From the IMG/VR virus record IMGVR_UViG_2541047877_000006: a stretch of DNA of 53,577 nucleotides. One strand, given 5' to 3'. Below are positions 1-9,344 of the stretch, piece after piece. The stretch comes from a virus. Taxonomy: Duplodnaviria > Heunggongvirae > Uroviricota > Caudoviricetes. Each line of letters opens with the position of its first letter. Positions within the stretch are counted from its first letter, which is position 1. A program made the translations under genes and the position numbers. A model generated the notes under the pieces. It saw only the letters and a list, made by a program, of their open reading frames with translations. It ran no database searches and was not told the DNA's origin.

Positions 1-231
1 TTATGTGTTATCTTTGGCTGACGTTAAACCAATCCGATCAAAGAACTGCATTACGTCCTGATAGCGGTACATAACGCCACGCCCGGTCCCAAGTACGTCA
101 ACCGGGTCGGGGAACGGAGTTCCGTTCCGTTCCCATTTTTTACGCCATAAGTAAAACGTTCCCCTGCTAATTCCCCCAAGCATCCGGCAGATGGCAGGGC
201 GACTAAGAAGGATTGTCCCGGTTTTATCCAT
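1..231 (-). CDS. AlpA-family excisionase-like HTH regulator (76 aa)
   Basis: HTH_17-like pattern LSRPAICRMLGGISRGTFYLW...FPDPV; at left window edge, integrase expected just outside. Confidence 0.6.
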   Translation of the reverse strand: MDKTGTILLSRPAICRMLGGISRGTFYLWRKKWERNGTPFPDPVDVLGTGRGVMYRYQDVMQFFDRIGLTSAKDNT

Positions 232-893
232 TATTTATCCCCCGTGTATTCAACGTGTCCGATACATCCATCAATAATAGCTTGCGCCATATTGCGATAA
301 TCGCACGAAAAATCATTGTCGTGGTTAAAGTCAATCTCTTTTGCCGCGTCTTCACCCATAACATTGACAGCAAGTGCAAGCGCGATTTCAGCAAGTGCCT
401 TTTCTTTCGGATCTATATGCAGCTTGAAAGAGCATGTTGTCCATGATAGCGGCCTCTCGCCACAAAAATCTTCCTTGCTTTCACATATAGCCCATTTATC
501 ACCAACATATTTAAACCTGACGACATCAAGAATAGTTCCACTTGTCAAACCTACGCAATCAAGCCACACATTAACAGGAGGCTTATCACCTACGACCCAT
601 TCCGTTTTTTCTTGTTGTGTTTCGCAGTCACGGCGTTCATCTTCGATTAATCCATCAATAATTTCACTTTCTTTATTCATGCCGTCATCATCCTTGTTAG
701 ATAAATTAGCGTATTTATCAAATTTCCAGCTTGCCGCCATAACTGAATAAGTGCCGCGAGTATCAGCGCGGACGCCAACTAAATAGCATGATCCAAAATT
801 GTATTCCGTGCGGCATGTTGTTACCTCAAACGATGGGTAAACATCAGGGTTAGTGCGATGACGAATTATGCCAATTACTCTTGATTCACTCAT
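231..893 (-). CDS. hypothetical protein (220 aa)
   Basis: Long ORF; ATG at 893 preceded by GAGG; no domain recognised. Confidence 0.45.
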   Translation of the reverse strand: MSESRVIGIIRHRTNPDVYPSFEVTTCRTEYNFGSCYLVGVRADTRGTYSVMAASWKFDKYANLSNKDDDGMNKESEIIDGLIEDERRDCETQQEKTEWVVGDKPPVNVWLDCVGLTSGTILDVVRFKYVGDKWAICESKEDFCGERPLSWTTCSFKLHIDPKEKALAEIALALAVNVMGEDAAKEIDFNHDNDFSCDYRNMAQAIIDGCIGHVEYTGDK

Positions 894-908
894 TTTGTTT
901 ATCCTCAA

Positions 909-1085
909 TTACGCCACTGTTACATTGTCAACCTTAATAAAATATTCAGGATGATTTTCTATTTCGTGCTTAAAGTGCGCGTGACACAATCGCCACTCAC
1001 GCGCCTGGTTGTGAAAGTAATAAACGTATTCGCCATCAACCTTATACAAAATGCCTGTAGGTTTAGCCATGTAATAACTAGCCAT
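909..1085 (-). CDS. small hypothetical protein (58 aa)
   Basis: ORF below track cutoff; start overlaps ninB stop (TAATG coupling). Confidence 0.3.
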   Translation of the reverse strand: MASYYMAKPTGILYKVDGEYVYYFHNQAREWRLCHAHFKHEIENHPEYFIKVDNVTVA

Positions 1086-1516
1086 TATTGCCCCCAGCGT
1101 TTTATAAATTCCTCGTTTAATTTCGTATCACCTGACCATTGAACATTATGTTCAGCACCGAACGAGTAGATCAGTTCGATTAATTCGCTAAATTCCGCTT
1201 TACTCATCCGGCTGGTTGATGTTCCCAGCACAACAAAGCCTGATTTGTCCAGGTTAGGGACAACGCCATATTTCTTAAGCCCGGCAGTGAATACCGCCTT
1301 CCAGTCTTCAGGTGACAGCTTTCTGCCGTACCAGTTAACCTGATCGCTAACGTCTGTCAGCAACGCCCAAAGCAACGCGTTTTGACTCAGTGAGCGGGTT
1401 TTCTCCTGGATGGTGATTATCAGCGGGCTTTTGCTATCAGGCTGTATCTCCCTTATCTGCCTGATAGCGTTTTCTTTTACGGCGTCATTTACTATCTCAA
1501 ATCTTATTTGCCTCAT
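1085..1516 (-). CDS. ninB: recombination protein NinB (Orf family)
   Basis: 143 aa; close to lambda NinB over whole length (ITIQEKTRSLSQNALLWA, VVPNLDKSGFVVLGTSTSRMS). Confidence 0.8.
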   Translation of the reverse strand: MRQIRFEIVNDAVKENAIRQIREIQPDSKSPLIITIQEKTRSLSQNALLWALLTDVSDQVNWYGRKLSPEDWKAVFTAGLKKYGVVPNLDKSGFVVLGTSTSRMSKAEFSELIELIYSFGAEHNVQWSGDTKLNEEFIKRWGQ

Positions 1517-1710
1517 GATACATCGTTACTATTTTTCCACTGTGCCCGCGCATACATGATCGCCTGCAAAGAAATTAGGCGCGAGCTTGTCATAAAAGCG
1601 CCTTTTAAATGTTTCATATCAACCACAACAGGCTTATCAGGATCGTCGCAGCGCATGTATTCCGCAATTGTGCTTAAGTCTTCCACGGTCAAATCTAACT
1701 CCCTATTCAT
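1513..1710 (-). CDS. hypothetical protein (65 aa)
   Basis: ORF with AAGGGG SD; ATGA overlap with ninB start. Confidence 0.4.
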   Translation of the reverse strand: MNRELDLTVEDLSTIAEYMRCDDPDKPVVVDMKHLKGAFMTSSRLISLQAIMYARAQWKNSNDVS

Positions 1711-1719
1711 AATCGCCCC

Positions 1720-1926
1720 TTACACAATACGCATTGTGTTTCGTAATTCCCCGCGCAGCGCCCGCAGCGCGTCACGCATTGGTACAAAAAACCGGTTAAA
1801 TTTTACGTGTTTATATTTCCGCATTAGTGGCGGTGTATAAACCATCGCGCCGCAAGAATTGCATGGGAAACGGAAATGTGATTCATCAATGAATGTTTCA
1901 ACTGAATAAAAGATTACACGTCTCAT
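1720..1926 (-). CDS. hypothetical protein (68 aa)
   Basis: ORF; start overlaps upstream stop (ATGA coupling). Confidence 0.4.
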   Translation of the reverse strand: MRRVIFYSVETFIDESHFRFPCNSCGAMVYTPPLMRKYKHVKFNRFFVPMRDALRALRGELRNTMRIV

Positions 1927-2450
1927 AATTCCAACCCAGTTTCACCATTAAGTTTTTCGATCTCAAATACTGGTTTATCCGGCAGCAGGCCGTTATTTTT
2001 CCGGTATTCATTCAGGCGGTTGTTAAATTCAAATACGATAGGACTCGAACAACCATAGAAGCGAGCTGATCTAAAAAAGTATTTCCCATCAAATTTATTA
2101 ACTGTTAATAAATTTTCACTGCCTAACATCTTTAAAACCCGACAAATTTTCCTCTGTTTTATTTCGAGTTTTAATTCTTTTTTAACATCCTCAGCAGAAA
2201 AATAATCGCTACTATTCAGAAATAAAGGCATGATTTTTTTTATTGCCATTTCGCGCACTGACTTCAAGCAATATGATAATCGCGGCCCTCCCATTTCCAC
2301 AGGAATAATAGCGCCGTCAGAAACCATATCACGCAAACTATTAACGATCTCGATTTCAGGACCTGGAATAGATTTAATAATTGTTGCTTCACCAGCAACA
2401 GTGGCATCCTGTAAAAATTTCGCTATTTGTGTTTTATAAATGGTTTTCAT
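1923..2450 (-). CDS. hypothetical protein (175 aa)
   Basis: ORF; ATG at 2450 with GAGG SD; no domain recognised. Confidence 0.45.
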   Translation of the reverse strand: MKTIYKTQIAKFLQDATVAGEATIIKSIPGPEIEIVNSLRDMVSDGAIIPVEMGGPRLSYCLKSVREMAIKKIMPLFLNSSDYFSAEDVKKELKLEIKQRKICRVLKMLGSENLLTVNKFDGKYFFRSARFYGCSSPIVFEFNNRLNEYRKNNGLLPDKPVFEIEKLNGETGLEL

Positions 2451-2528
2451 TGTTTCTAGCCTCGATTTAAGCGCGAAAACAGCCACCAGAAAGCGGTAAA
2501 CTTTCCGGTAAGCCGTTTCTCAAGTTAA

Positions 2529-3950
2529 TTAAAAAGATGCGTTATTCTGGTTGTTTCGTGGTGAGAATCGGCTTGCAGACGGACGTTGTTGCATTGACTG
2601 GATGCAAGCTGACGCCGCGCGGGCCTGGTCGCATGGTAAGATGTTGCCGTTGTCGTCAAACCGCTGGTAAACAGTCCCCGTTTTCCCGTGACGGTTTTTT
2701 GAAACGATGATCTCCATGTATTCGCGGGCAACTGATTGTTCGTTGTAGTAGCCGTCGCGGTAGACCATGATGATCCGGTCTGCGTCTTGTTCAAGATTAC
2801 CGGAATCACGCAGATCAGAATTGTTCGGGCGCTTGTTCGGTCGTTCTTCAACGCGGCGGGATAATTGCGCCAGCGCCGCCACTGGCACGCGCAACTCTTT
2901 CGCCATCATTTTCAATGACCACGACAATTGCCCTACGGCGAGATCATGACGTTCGGCCTTAGCCAGTTTCATTAAACCGATGTAGTCAATCATCACCATT
3001 CCAAGATTAGGATGGTCCTGTTTCATCCGTTCGACGGTGGCGCGTATTTCCTCAACCGTTAACTGCGATGCGTCAACAATCCACACATCGAGATCGGCAA
3101 GGGCGCTCATCCCCTGGGTAACGTGCGCCCATCCTTCGTCATCCAGTTTTACCGGATTACGTAGGCAATCCGTTGATAAATTCCCAGCGCCAGCGATAGC
3201 TCGTTCAGTCATCTGATCGAGCGACATTTCAAGCGTGAACAGCAAAACGCCGACCCGCTGACCTTCTCCGCCAGGGTATTGGCGTTCAGCCGCCGCGCGG
3301 GCAATTGCCAACGCCAACGCCGATTTACCAGACCCTGGGCGTCCGGCGATAAGCACCAGATCAGTAGCGTTAATGCCGCCTAACATTTCGTCGAGTGGGT
3401 CAATCCCTGTTTTGATGTTGTCAGAGTTCACGCCACACTCCATGCGTTTACTTAGCACTTCCGTGTATTCCTGGACAGCATCGCGCAACAGCACCGGGAT
3501 AATCTGATCTTTTGTTACCTTTAATTTTGAATACCGGGAATCAAAATCTTTCATCGTCTCTTTGACGACCTCAAGAGTCCCCGTTTCCAGTTTGTAGCGC
3601 ATATCGTCGATGAGTTCCAACATCTGCCGACGCTGGTGCTCTTCACGTAGTAGCTGTGCGTATCCCTTCAGGTTGGCAGCAGAAGGGCACGATCGCGCCG
3701 TTTGCATTAGCGGCACAAAGTTTTCATTACCAATCTCATCACCAACCAGTAACGCGTCGATGAGATTTCTGTTTCTGGCTTGCGCACGGATAATTTCAAA
3801 AGCCCGCTTATATAGCGGAATAGTGAATACTTCAGGATCTAGAGTAGCGAGAACGTCTTGCGCGTTAGGAGTAAGCCCACCTAACAGCAGGCCACCGATA
3901 ACCGCAGATTCTCTTTCTTGCCGCAATGAGTTTACTTGTTCGGTTATCAT
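2529..3950 (-). CDS. DnaB-like replicative DNA helicase
   Basis: 473 aa; Walker A GRPGSGKS and DnaB-type RecA-like core; GGAGG SD. Confidence 0.85.
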   Translation of the reverse strand: MITEQVNSLRQERESAVIGGLLLGGLTPNAQDVLATLDPEVFTIPLYKRAFEIIRAQARNRNLIDALLVGDEIGNENFVPLMQTARSCPSAANLKGYAQLLREEHQRRQMLELIDDMRYKLETGTLEVVKETMKDFDSRYSKLKVTKDQIIPVLLRDAVQEYTEVLSKRMECGVNSDNIKTGIDPLDEMLGGINATDLVLIAGRPGSGKSALALAIARAAAERQYPGGEGQRVGVLLFTLEMSLDQMTERAIAGAGNLSTDCLRNPVKLDDEGWAHVTQGMSALADLDVWIVDASQLTVEEIRATVERMKQDHPNLGMVMIDYIGLMKLAKAERHDLAVGQLSWSLKMMAKELRVPVAALAQLSRRVEERPNKRPNNSDLRDSGNLEQDADRIIMVYRDGYYNEQSVAREYMEIIVSKNRHGKTGTVYQRFDDNGNILPCDQARAASACIQSMQQRPSASRFSPRNNQNNASF

Positions 3951-3968
3951 TATGGCATCGCCTCCGGT

Positions 3969-5087
3969 TTACAAAATGGAATATTCAGGGTAATAAACAA
4001 AGCGCCCGATTTCTCCATGATCCGGGCTGTAAATAATCACCGCTGCCAGCCGCCGCGACCGCCAACCACCATTCGTTGAATAAGCGTCTTTGCCAGCTAA
4101 CGTGCCGTGATACTCAACAACGCCTAACGATGACTCAATCAGCCGTTGATGATGCCAGTGCCCGCAATGAGCGTAAACAGCCGCAGATTTACCGAAATCT
4201 TCCCGCCAGTCAGATACGCAGGCCGCCAACAAGTTTTCCGGTTTTTTGATAGTATGACCGTGATGATATGCAAGGAATGTTTTGCCGTACTGTGTGTGGT
4301 GGACGATAGCAGGGGACACGTCAACCGTCACGCGCGGTTCATCTTCATAAAAAGCCGCCAGCGCCGCACGTAGCCAGATCATCCCTGATTGGTCGTGATT
4401 ACCGGATAATGTCTGGATCTCGACATCCTTATGATTTAGTAACATCTTCCCGACCGCACGCCGGACCGACCGGATCGCCACGTAAACCAGTTTTGCGTAG
4501 CGTGAATCGCAATCCAGGACGTGATTGCTTGATGGCGTCACTGGTAACAGGCCGTCAGTGTGAAGCACATCACCGCCGAGAAGTAAAACAGCCTTTTCAG
4601 ACATTGGCGCAGCGCCTACCGCGTAGTCGAAGAAATCATTTAGCACGCGTTCAGCGATCCCGGTGTCGTAGCTTTCGCCGCATTCAGCTTTATGAGCAAG
4701 CGCCCCGATATGTAGATCGAATACCGGATAAAGGGCCAGGCTTTTTTGGAAATCAATTTCCGGCACTGGCACGGCCTCCGCGCGTGGCATATCTTCCGTG
4801 AAAGCATCGCAAGCCGCTTGCATTAGCCTTTCCATTTCATCGCGATCACGGGCTGTTTTAATCCAGCGCATAATCACATTGCCATCCTTATCGACGAGCA
4901 AAGACTCACCATTGATGCCAAAACCAGGCGCGCGACGCGTGGATATTAAACCGCGCTTTGCCAATCGTGCGCCCAGGCGTTCGACGTTGCGTTTTGCCAT
5001 TCCATATTCTTCGGCTATTTGCTTGTAAGTTTTCCCATTGTTGTATTCAGCGATTAATTGCTCGTCGCTGATCTTTCTTTGCGACAT
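3969..5087 (-). CDS. HTH domain fused to calcineurin-like metallophosphoesterase
   Basis: N-terminal HTH (KTYKQIAEEYGMAKRNVERL); C-terminal motifs DLHIG, GGDVLH, GNHD, GHWHH (Mre11/SbcD-like set). Confidence 0.6.
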   Translation of the reverse strand: MSQRKISDEQLIAEYNNGKTYKQIAEEYGMAKRNVERLGARLAKRGLISTRRAPGFGINGESLLVDKDGNVIMRWIKTARDRDEMERLMQAACDAFTEDMPRAEAVPVPEIDFQKSLALYPVFDLHIGALAHKAECGESYDTGIAERVLNDFFDYAVGAAPMSEKAVLLLGGDVLHTDGLLPVTPSSNHVLDCDSRYAKLVYVAIRSVRRAVGKMLLNHKDVEIQTLSGNHDQSGMIWLRAALAAFYEDEPRVTVDVSPAIVHHTQYGKTFLAYHHGHTIKKPENLLAACVSDWREDFGKSAAVYAHCGHWHHQRLIESSLGVVEYHGTLAGKDAYSTNGGWRSRRLAAVIIYSPDHGEIGRFVYYPEYSIL

Positions 5088-5264
5088 AATGTTATTTCCT
5101 CCGGTTCACGGAATGAGTATTTATTCATAAAAAAACTAATTTTTATTAACATAGGTTTCACGGTGGCAAAAAATGCCAGTAGGGTTAATCAACAACTTAT
5201 GCAAATTGAAATAACTACTTAATGAATAACTAATCGTATACATTGTGGTTTACATTTTGTATAT

Positions 5265-6197
5265 TCATTGGCAGCAAACAATCTCTTTATATGCTTCTTC
5301 TACCATGTCGAATACTTCCGGCCTGTAATAAAAAAATTCATTGCTACCATCAAATTTTACAGTAAAGTTAATTTTATAATTGCTGAAATATTTATGCATC
5401 GTGCTTTCTAATTCTTGAACTTTTCCTGTTGGTCCTTCCCACGTCTTCACGATATGCAAATCATGGATTCTAACACCTGCTTTATGCGCGCTATTTAATA
5501 CCATATTTCTTCGCCTGTTCTCACTAACGCTCACGCCAATTTTCATCATCGTTGGCACTTCCAGATCATCAACCATGATGTAAATTTTTCCATACTCATG
5601 ACTAAGGAAACCGCTTTTCGCGCATTTCGGGCAGCCTTGCCCCTTTTTAAGGTTACTGGGTATAGCAGACCACTCATGACCGCAGACATTACAGCGGCAT
5701 AATACTTTTGTTGCGTTATTAACAATTTCGCCTATAACTTCAACATCAGGATTAACCTTCGCAATAGTCGCGATCTGTTCTTCGTGTGTTAAGGTTCTGA
5801 TTTGTGCTAGTTTTAAAGATTTACACTTCGGGCAGCCGTACCCACTTTTAAGGTTGTAAGGACTAACAGACCACTCATGATCACAAACTTTGCAGCGGCA
5901 CGGGACTTTATCCCTGGCGTTATTAACTTCCCCCAATACTTCAATATTTGGGTTAACTTTGGCTATATCTGCAATATGTTCTTCGTGTGTTAATGTTTTT
6001 TTTAACCTTGCGCATTTAGGGCAACCGTTCCCGTGTTTAAGGTTGTTAGGAGTAGCAGACCACTCATGATCACAAACTTTGCAGCGGCATGATACTTTTG
6101 TTGTGCTGCAGGTTACTTCCTCCAACACTTCAATATTTGGGTTAACTTTCTCAATAGCTGCAATTTGCTCTTCATGCGTTAACTTGCGTCTACCCAT
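5265..6197 (-). CDS. triple zinc-ribbon repeat protein with C-terminal T5orf172 (GIY-YIG-like) domain
   Basis: Three ~45-aa repeats LTHEE.IA.I.KVNP.IEV...CRCKVC.HEWS...GCPKC; C-terminal KIYIMV...KIGVS...ENRRR. Confidence 0.6.
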   Translation of the reverse strand: MGRRKLTHEEQIAAIEKVNPNIEVLEEVTCSTTKVSCRCKVCDHEWSATPNNLKHGNGCPKCARLKKTLTHEEHIADIAKVNPNIEVLGEVNNARDKVPCRCKVCDHEWSVSPYNLKSGYGCPKCKSLKLAQIRTLTHEEQIATIAKVNPDVEVIGEIVNNATKVLCRCNVCGHEWSAIPSNLKKGQGCPKCAKSGFLSHEYGKIYIMVDDLEVPTMMKIGVSVSENRRRNMVLNSAHKAGVRIHDLHIVKTWEGPTGKVQELESTMHKYFSNYKINFTVKFDGSNEFFYYRPEVFDMVEEAYKEIVCCQ

Positions 6198-6349
6198 AAT
6201 TCAACACCTCACAAATTACACAAAAACACTTCATACGCGCTACAACGCAAAAATTCCACCGCGACACCCGTTTGCACAGGTTGCAGTGTCTTATTGCGTC
6301 AGAGGCGCTATCAGGTGGCTAATTTTTGATTTACAGAATGGTAGGTGGG

Positions 6350-6451
6350 TTATGGATTGACTAGAAGGAACAAACCGCCGAACAAGGCGACGTTAACAGC
6401 GATTGCCGCAGCGATGGCAAAGGCCAGGGCGAAAACGTGTTTACCGTCCAT
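6350..6451 (-). CDS. small hydrophobic peptide (33 aa)
   Basis: MDGKHVFALAFAIAAAIAVNVALFGGLFLLVNP; GAGAGG SD 8 nt upstream. Confidence 0.3.
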   Translation of the reverse strand: MDGKHVFALAFAIAAAIAVNVALFGGLFLLVNP

Positions 6452-6583
6452 TTTAAAATCCTCTCTAAAACGCTCTATAACGAGCTAAACCGCTAAAGAT
6501 ATGAATCGTAGCACCATGCGTGTTTTAGCTCGCTGGTGAGGTTGTTTTGTGGGTAATTTTGGATTTTTGCGGATCGTGGTTGG

Positions 6584-7630
6584 TCAAAGAGCGCCTGCGC
6601 GTGTGTCGCGTAGCGTTTTTGGTTTAAGCAGGAAATCAAGTGTCGCTGTGAAGCCATTGCCGAAGTAAAAATCTGAAGCCGTGTTTTTGAATGTTTCGAA
6701 GTAGGCGACAAAGCCGTTAATGCTTTTGTCTTTCAGGTAGTCAGTGAACGCATAGATCTTGCGTTCAAGATCCCGATCCAGTTCGGCAGGTGGTAACAGG
6801 CCGTCAAACGTGCTGTTAAATGCTTCCACCACGTCGGCAGCGTTTACAGTAGCTGATAGCTTGCGCCATTGCTCAGCGTCAGCCAGATACCCATCGAATT
6901 TAGTTACCCGGCAAATGTTGATAGGCTTAGGTGTTCCACCACGGCTGCGCCATTGCGTCAAAGCCCATTCGATTACTAATGTGATCTCATCCTCCGTGTA
7001 TGCCTTACGTGTTTTTGTTTCTGTCAGTAGTTCGATAAATGGCTTAGCATCACGACTCTTGCATCCAGCTTTGTCGTTGTAGAAGGCCAAGCAACGCAAT
7101 GCCGCTTCGTTTACGCCATCCTGATTGACCGTTTTTTGTCCATTTTCGCTAATACACGAAGTGTATATATCTTTTTCTCTTTCTTCTTCTACTTCTAATT
7201 CATGACCCTTTCCTGACCCGGTCATGACCCTATCATGACCTTTTGGTGTTGGATTGATTAACTTCTCTAATTTTAATTGCTCCTTCGCTGTGTTTATAGC
7301 AGCCCTATAAGCGCTCTTAGAAGTCATTGATTGGTCCAGCCTTTTTAATAACTTTAGGCAAGTTATGTGGCCTTGAGAACATTCGAACAAACCAATTTCG
7401 ATGAAGTATTTCATCATTTCTTCTATACGTTTTTCAGTAGATCCGACGTTTCGCGCAATGATTCTCGCGTCATGTCGTAGGTCAAAATTCAGATTGTGCT
7501 GATCTACGTCATAAGTTATTAGTTCGAGGCAATACCAATAAAGCCCGTACCCTTCCAGGCCATAATCTAACAAAACGTTTTGAAGTTTTTCATCGCGGTT
7601 CGCATCGCTGTCATGCTTAAACCACTTCAT
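6584..7630 (-). CDS. phage replisome organizer / replication initiation protein
   Basis: 348 aa; N-terminal MKWFKHDSDANRDEKL...GLEGYGLYWYCLE motif; same operon as helicase. Confidence 0.7.
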   Translation of the reverse strand: MKWFKHDSDANRDEKLQNVLLDYGLEGYGLYWYCLELITYDVDQHNLNFDLRHDARIIARNVGSTEKRIEEMMKYFIEIGLFECSQGHITCLKLLKRLDQSMTSKSAYRAAINTAKEQLKLEKLINPTPKGHDRVMTGSGKGHELEVEEEREKDIYTSCISENGQKTVNQDGVNEAALRCLAFYNDKAGCKSRDAKPFIELLTETKTRKAYTEDEITLVIEWALTQWRSRGGTPKPINICRVTKFDGYLADAEQWRKLSATVNAADVVEAFNSTFDGLLPPAELDRDLERKIYAFTDYLKDKSINGFVAYFETFKNTASDFYFGNGFTATLDFLLKPKTLRDTRAGAL

Positions 7631-7633
7631 AGA

Positions 7634-7891
7634 TCATCCCTCCGGCAACATCACTACATAGACATCACTGAATGCATCAAGACGACAAACAAATCCTTTA
7701 TCCATTAACGCGGCGAAGGCATCATGTACCGTATGAACAGGAAGTTCACACATTGCGGCTACTTCTTTGCGTGATGCATCATGTACCCGTCCTTTGTTAT
7801 CTGCCTTTTCAGCCAGAGCCATTAAGACAAGTTTTTGAATCGGGCTATTAAGTTTTACGTTCCATGCTTTACTAATCATGTTCATACTCAT
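7634..7891 (-). CDS. winged-helix/HTH DNA-binding protein in Cro position
   Basis: 85 aa from ATG 7891 (AGGAG SD); first gene of leftward operon, divergent from cI. Confidence 0.4.
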   Translation of the reverse strand: MSMNMISKAWNVKLNSPIQKLVLMALAEKADNKGRVHDASRKEVAAMCELPVHTVHDAFAALMDKGFVCRLDAFSDVYVVMLPEG

Positions 7892-8105
7892 CGCATTTTC
7901 TCCTATGGTTAGAGTGAACGCGCGGGCGGGCATCCCATTAGCATTAGATAGCAGTGACTGACCGCTCAACAGATCCCGCCGTTGCGTGATATTTGTTTTT
8001 CGCTTCGCAGCGACACCGGATTTTTAAAGAGCATAAGGTAAGTGCCTTTTTGTGCCTTCAGTTATCTTTTTCCTTGCGTCTTTGCAAGTATGGCCTTACC
8101 TTGTC

Positions 8106-8163
8106 TGCAAGTTTACAAAATGGAATTTTAAGATCAAGGCTTAAAATACACGTTTTGTGACTT
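8106..8163. promoter_or_regulatory. nested imperfect palindrome in cI upstream region (operator-like)
   Basis: TGCAAGTTTACAAAA...TTTTAAG atcaagg CTTAAAA...TTTTGTGACTTGCA; arms match 14/15. Confidence 0.4.
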
Positions 8164-8196
8164 GCATCAAACTTTTTGAGGTTATAGGGTAGCGAC

Positions 8197-8844
8197 ATGA
8201 AAACAAAATGGTATGACTTAGCAAAGCAGCTCATGCGGGCGCAGGGCATGAGCCAGGATTCACTCGCGGATCGTATGGGGATAACTAAAGGCGGCCTGTC
8301 ACACTGGCTGAACGGTCGCCGAGAGCCAAATCTTGAAGATATTGCGCGGATTATGCGCGAGCTTGGTCGTCGGCAGTTTACTGTTACACATGATGGCATG
8401 GTCATTGATGATTCTGTTTCTAATACACTTCAGGCCGTGCCGCCGCGTGATTTAGGTAGTTACCCGGTTATTGACTGGAAGGACACAGTAAACAATATGG
8501 ATGACGCAAGGCGTTCAGCATTACGACACGTTACGACTAGCGTTATTTGTTCAGATGACAGTTACTGGCTGGTTGCCAAAGGTGAATCAATGAACGCGCC
8601 GCAGGGGTTGAGCATCCCGGCGGGGACGATGATACTTGTGGACCCGCACGCGCCAGCTATTGACGGCAAACTGGTTATAGCCCAGCTTGAGGAAGGGCAG
8701 ATACCGACGTTTAAACAGTTGATTATTGATGGAGGTCAAAGGCTTTTACGTTCGCTCAATCCGCTGTATCCGCCAATCCCTATGAATCCAGAATCAAAAA
8801 TTATAGGCGTGGTGGTTGATGCGAAGATCGTAAACCTGCCATAA
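8197..8844 (+). CDS. cI: CI-like repressor (HTH-XRE plus S24 LexA-like peptidase)
   Basis: 215 aa; N-terminal HTH (MSQDSLADRMGITKGGLSHWLNGRREP); C-terminal GESM serine and lysine of S24 autopeptidases. Confidence 0.8.
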   Translation: MKTKWYDLAKQLMRAQGMSQDSLADRMGITKGGLSHWLNGRREPNLEDIARIMRELGRRQFTVTHDGMVIDDSVSNTLQAVPPRDLGSYPVIDWKDTVNNMDDARRSALRHVTTSVICSDDSYWLVAKGESMNAPQGLSIPAGTMILVDPHAPAIDGKLVIAQLEEGQIPTFKQLIIDGGQRLLRSLNPLYPPIPMNPESKIIGVVVDAKIVNLP

Positions 8845-8849
8845 ACATT

Positions 8850-8875
8850 AGCCGCCGAATGGCGGCTTTTCTTTG
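8850..8875 (+). terminator. rho-independent terminator after cI
   Basis: AGCCGCC gaat GGCGGCT hairpin followed by TTTCTTTG. Confidence 0.6.
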
Positions 8876-8956
8876 CCTGGGAAACACCAAAACGTAAACA
8901 GAAAACGTTATTTATTATTTAAATATCAATGGCATATAAAATATTTTAAAAAAGTA

Positions 8957-8996
8957 TACAAAATGGATTGACTCGATGTTTTACGGGGCGTATATT
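8957..8996 (+). promoter_or_regulatory. pL-like sigma70 promoter with upstream TACAAAATGG element
   Basis: -35 TTGACT (8968-8973), 17-nt spacer, -10 TATATT (8991-8996); TTGACTCG/CGAGTCAA inverted repeat brackets it. Confidence 0.55.
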
Positions 8997-9250
8997 GCGA
9001 GTCAAAGGAAGGGCGCAGGTAACAAAAGCAACTTCCTGGCACTTTAAAAATCAGGCTTAACACCTTGTCAACCGTGGAGTAACTCCCCGATGGGGGACCG
9101 AAAGCGGCACTGATAACAAGGCGCATGGGGTGTTTAAAGCGTTACATCCCCCACGAAACCGCACGCAAGGCGACGAGTCAGCTTGCTTGGAGTGAGCAAG
9201 GTCACGCCGGGAACGGCGATGATTGCGGGATTAGTTGAAAGATGTTAAGC

Positions 9251-9288
9251 CGCTCATTAACAATCTGGTCAGCCGCTGGAAGTGCGGC
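9251..9288 (+). promoter_or_regulatory. nutL-like site (boxA plus boxB hairpin)
   Basis: boxA CGCTCATTAACAA (cf. CGCTCTTTAACAA), 8-nt gap, boxB GCCGC-tggaagt-GCGGC stem-loop. Confidence 0.5.
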
Positions 9289-9344
9289 AATTAACGAAGA
9301 TGATTTTTTATTAAGTATCATCAAGGATATACGGAGATCAGATT

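Noticed and set aside
2525-2851. 108-aa ORF in an alternative frame at the 3-prime end of the helicase gene
   Set aside because: Fully embedded in the DnaB-like gene on the same strand in another frame; Thr/Ser-rich product with no start context.
4139-5028. Several plus-strand ORFs (61-130 aa) across the HTH-metallophosphoesterase gene
   Set aside because: All are antisense to a long minus-strand ORF with clear domain motifs and a GGAGG SD; their products are Arg-rich and low-complexity.
8058-8405. 115-aa minus-strand ORF overlapping the cI promoter and start
   Set aside because: Antisense to the well-supported cI gene, low-complexity Arg/Ser-rich product, no SD; the real Cro-side gene is better placed at 7634-7891.
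9000-9340. Possible tRNA or small protein gene in the 350-nt leader downstream of the pL-like promoter
   Set aside because: No cloverleaf-compatible sequence (no T-loop-like GTTCRA motif in context) and no ORF with a credible SD; better explained as the nutL-containing leader, though a structured RNA cannot be excluded without a covariance search.
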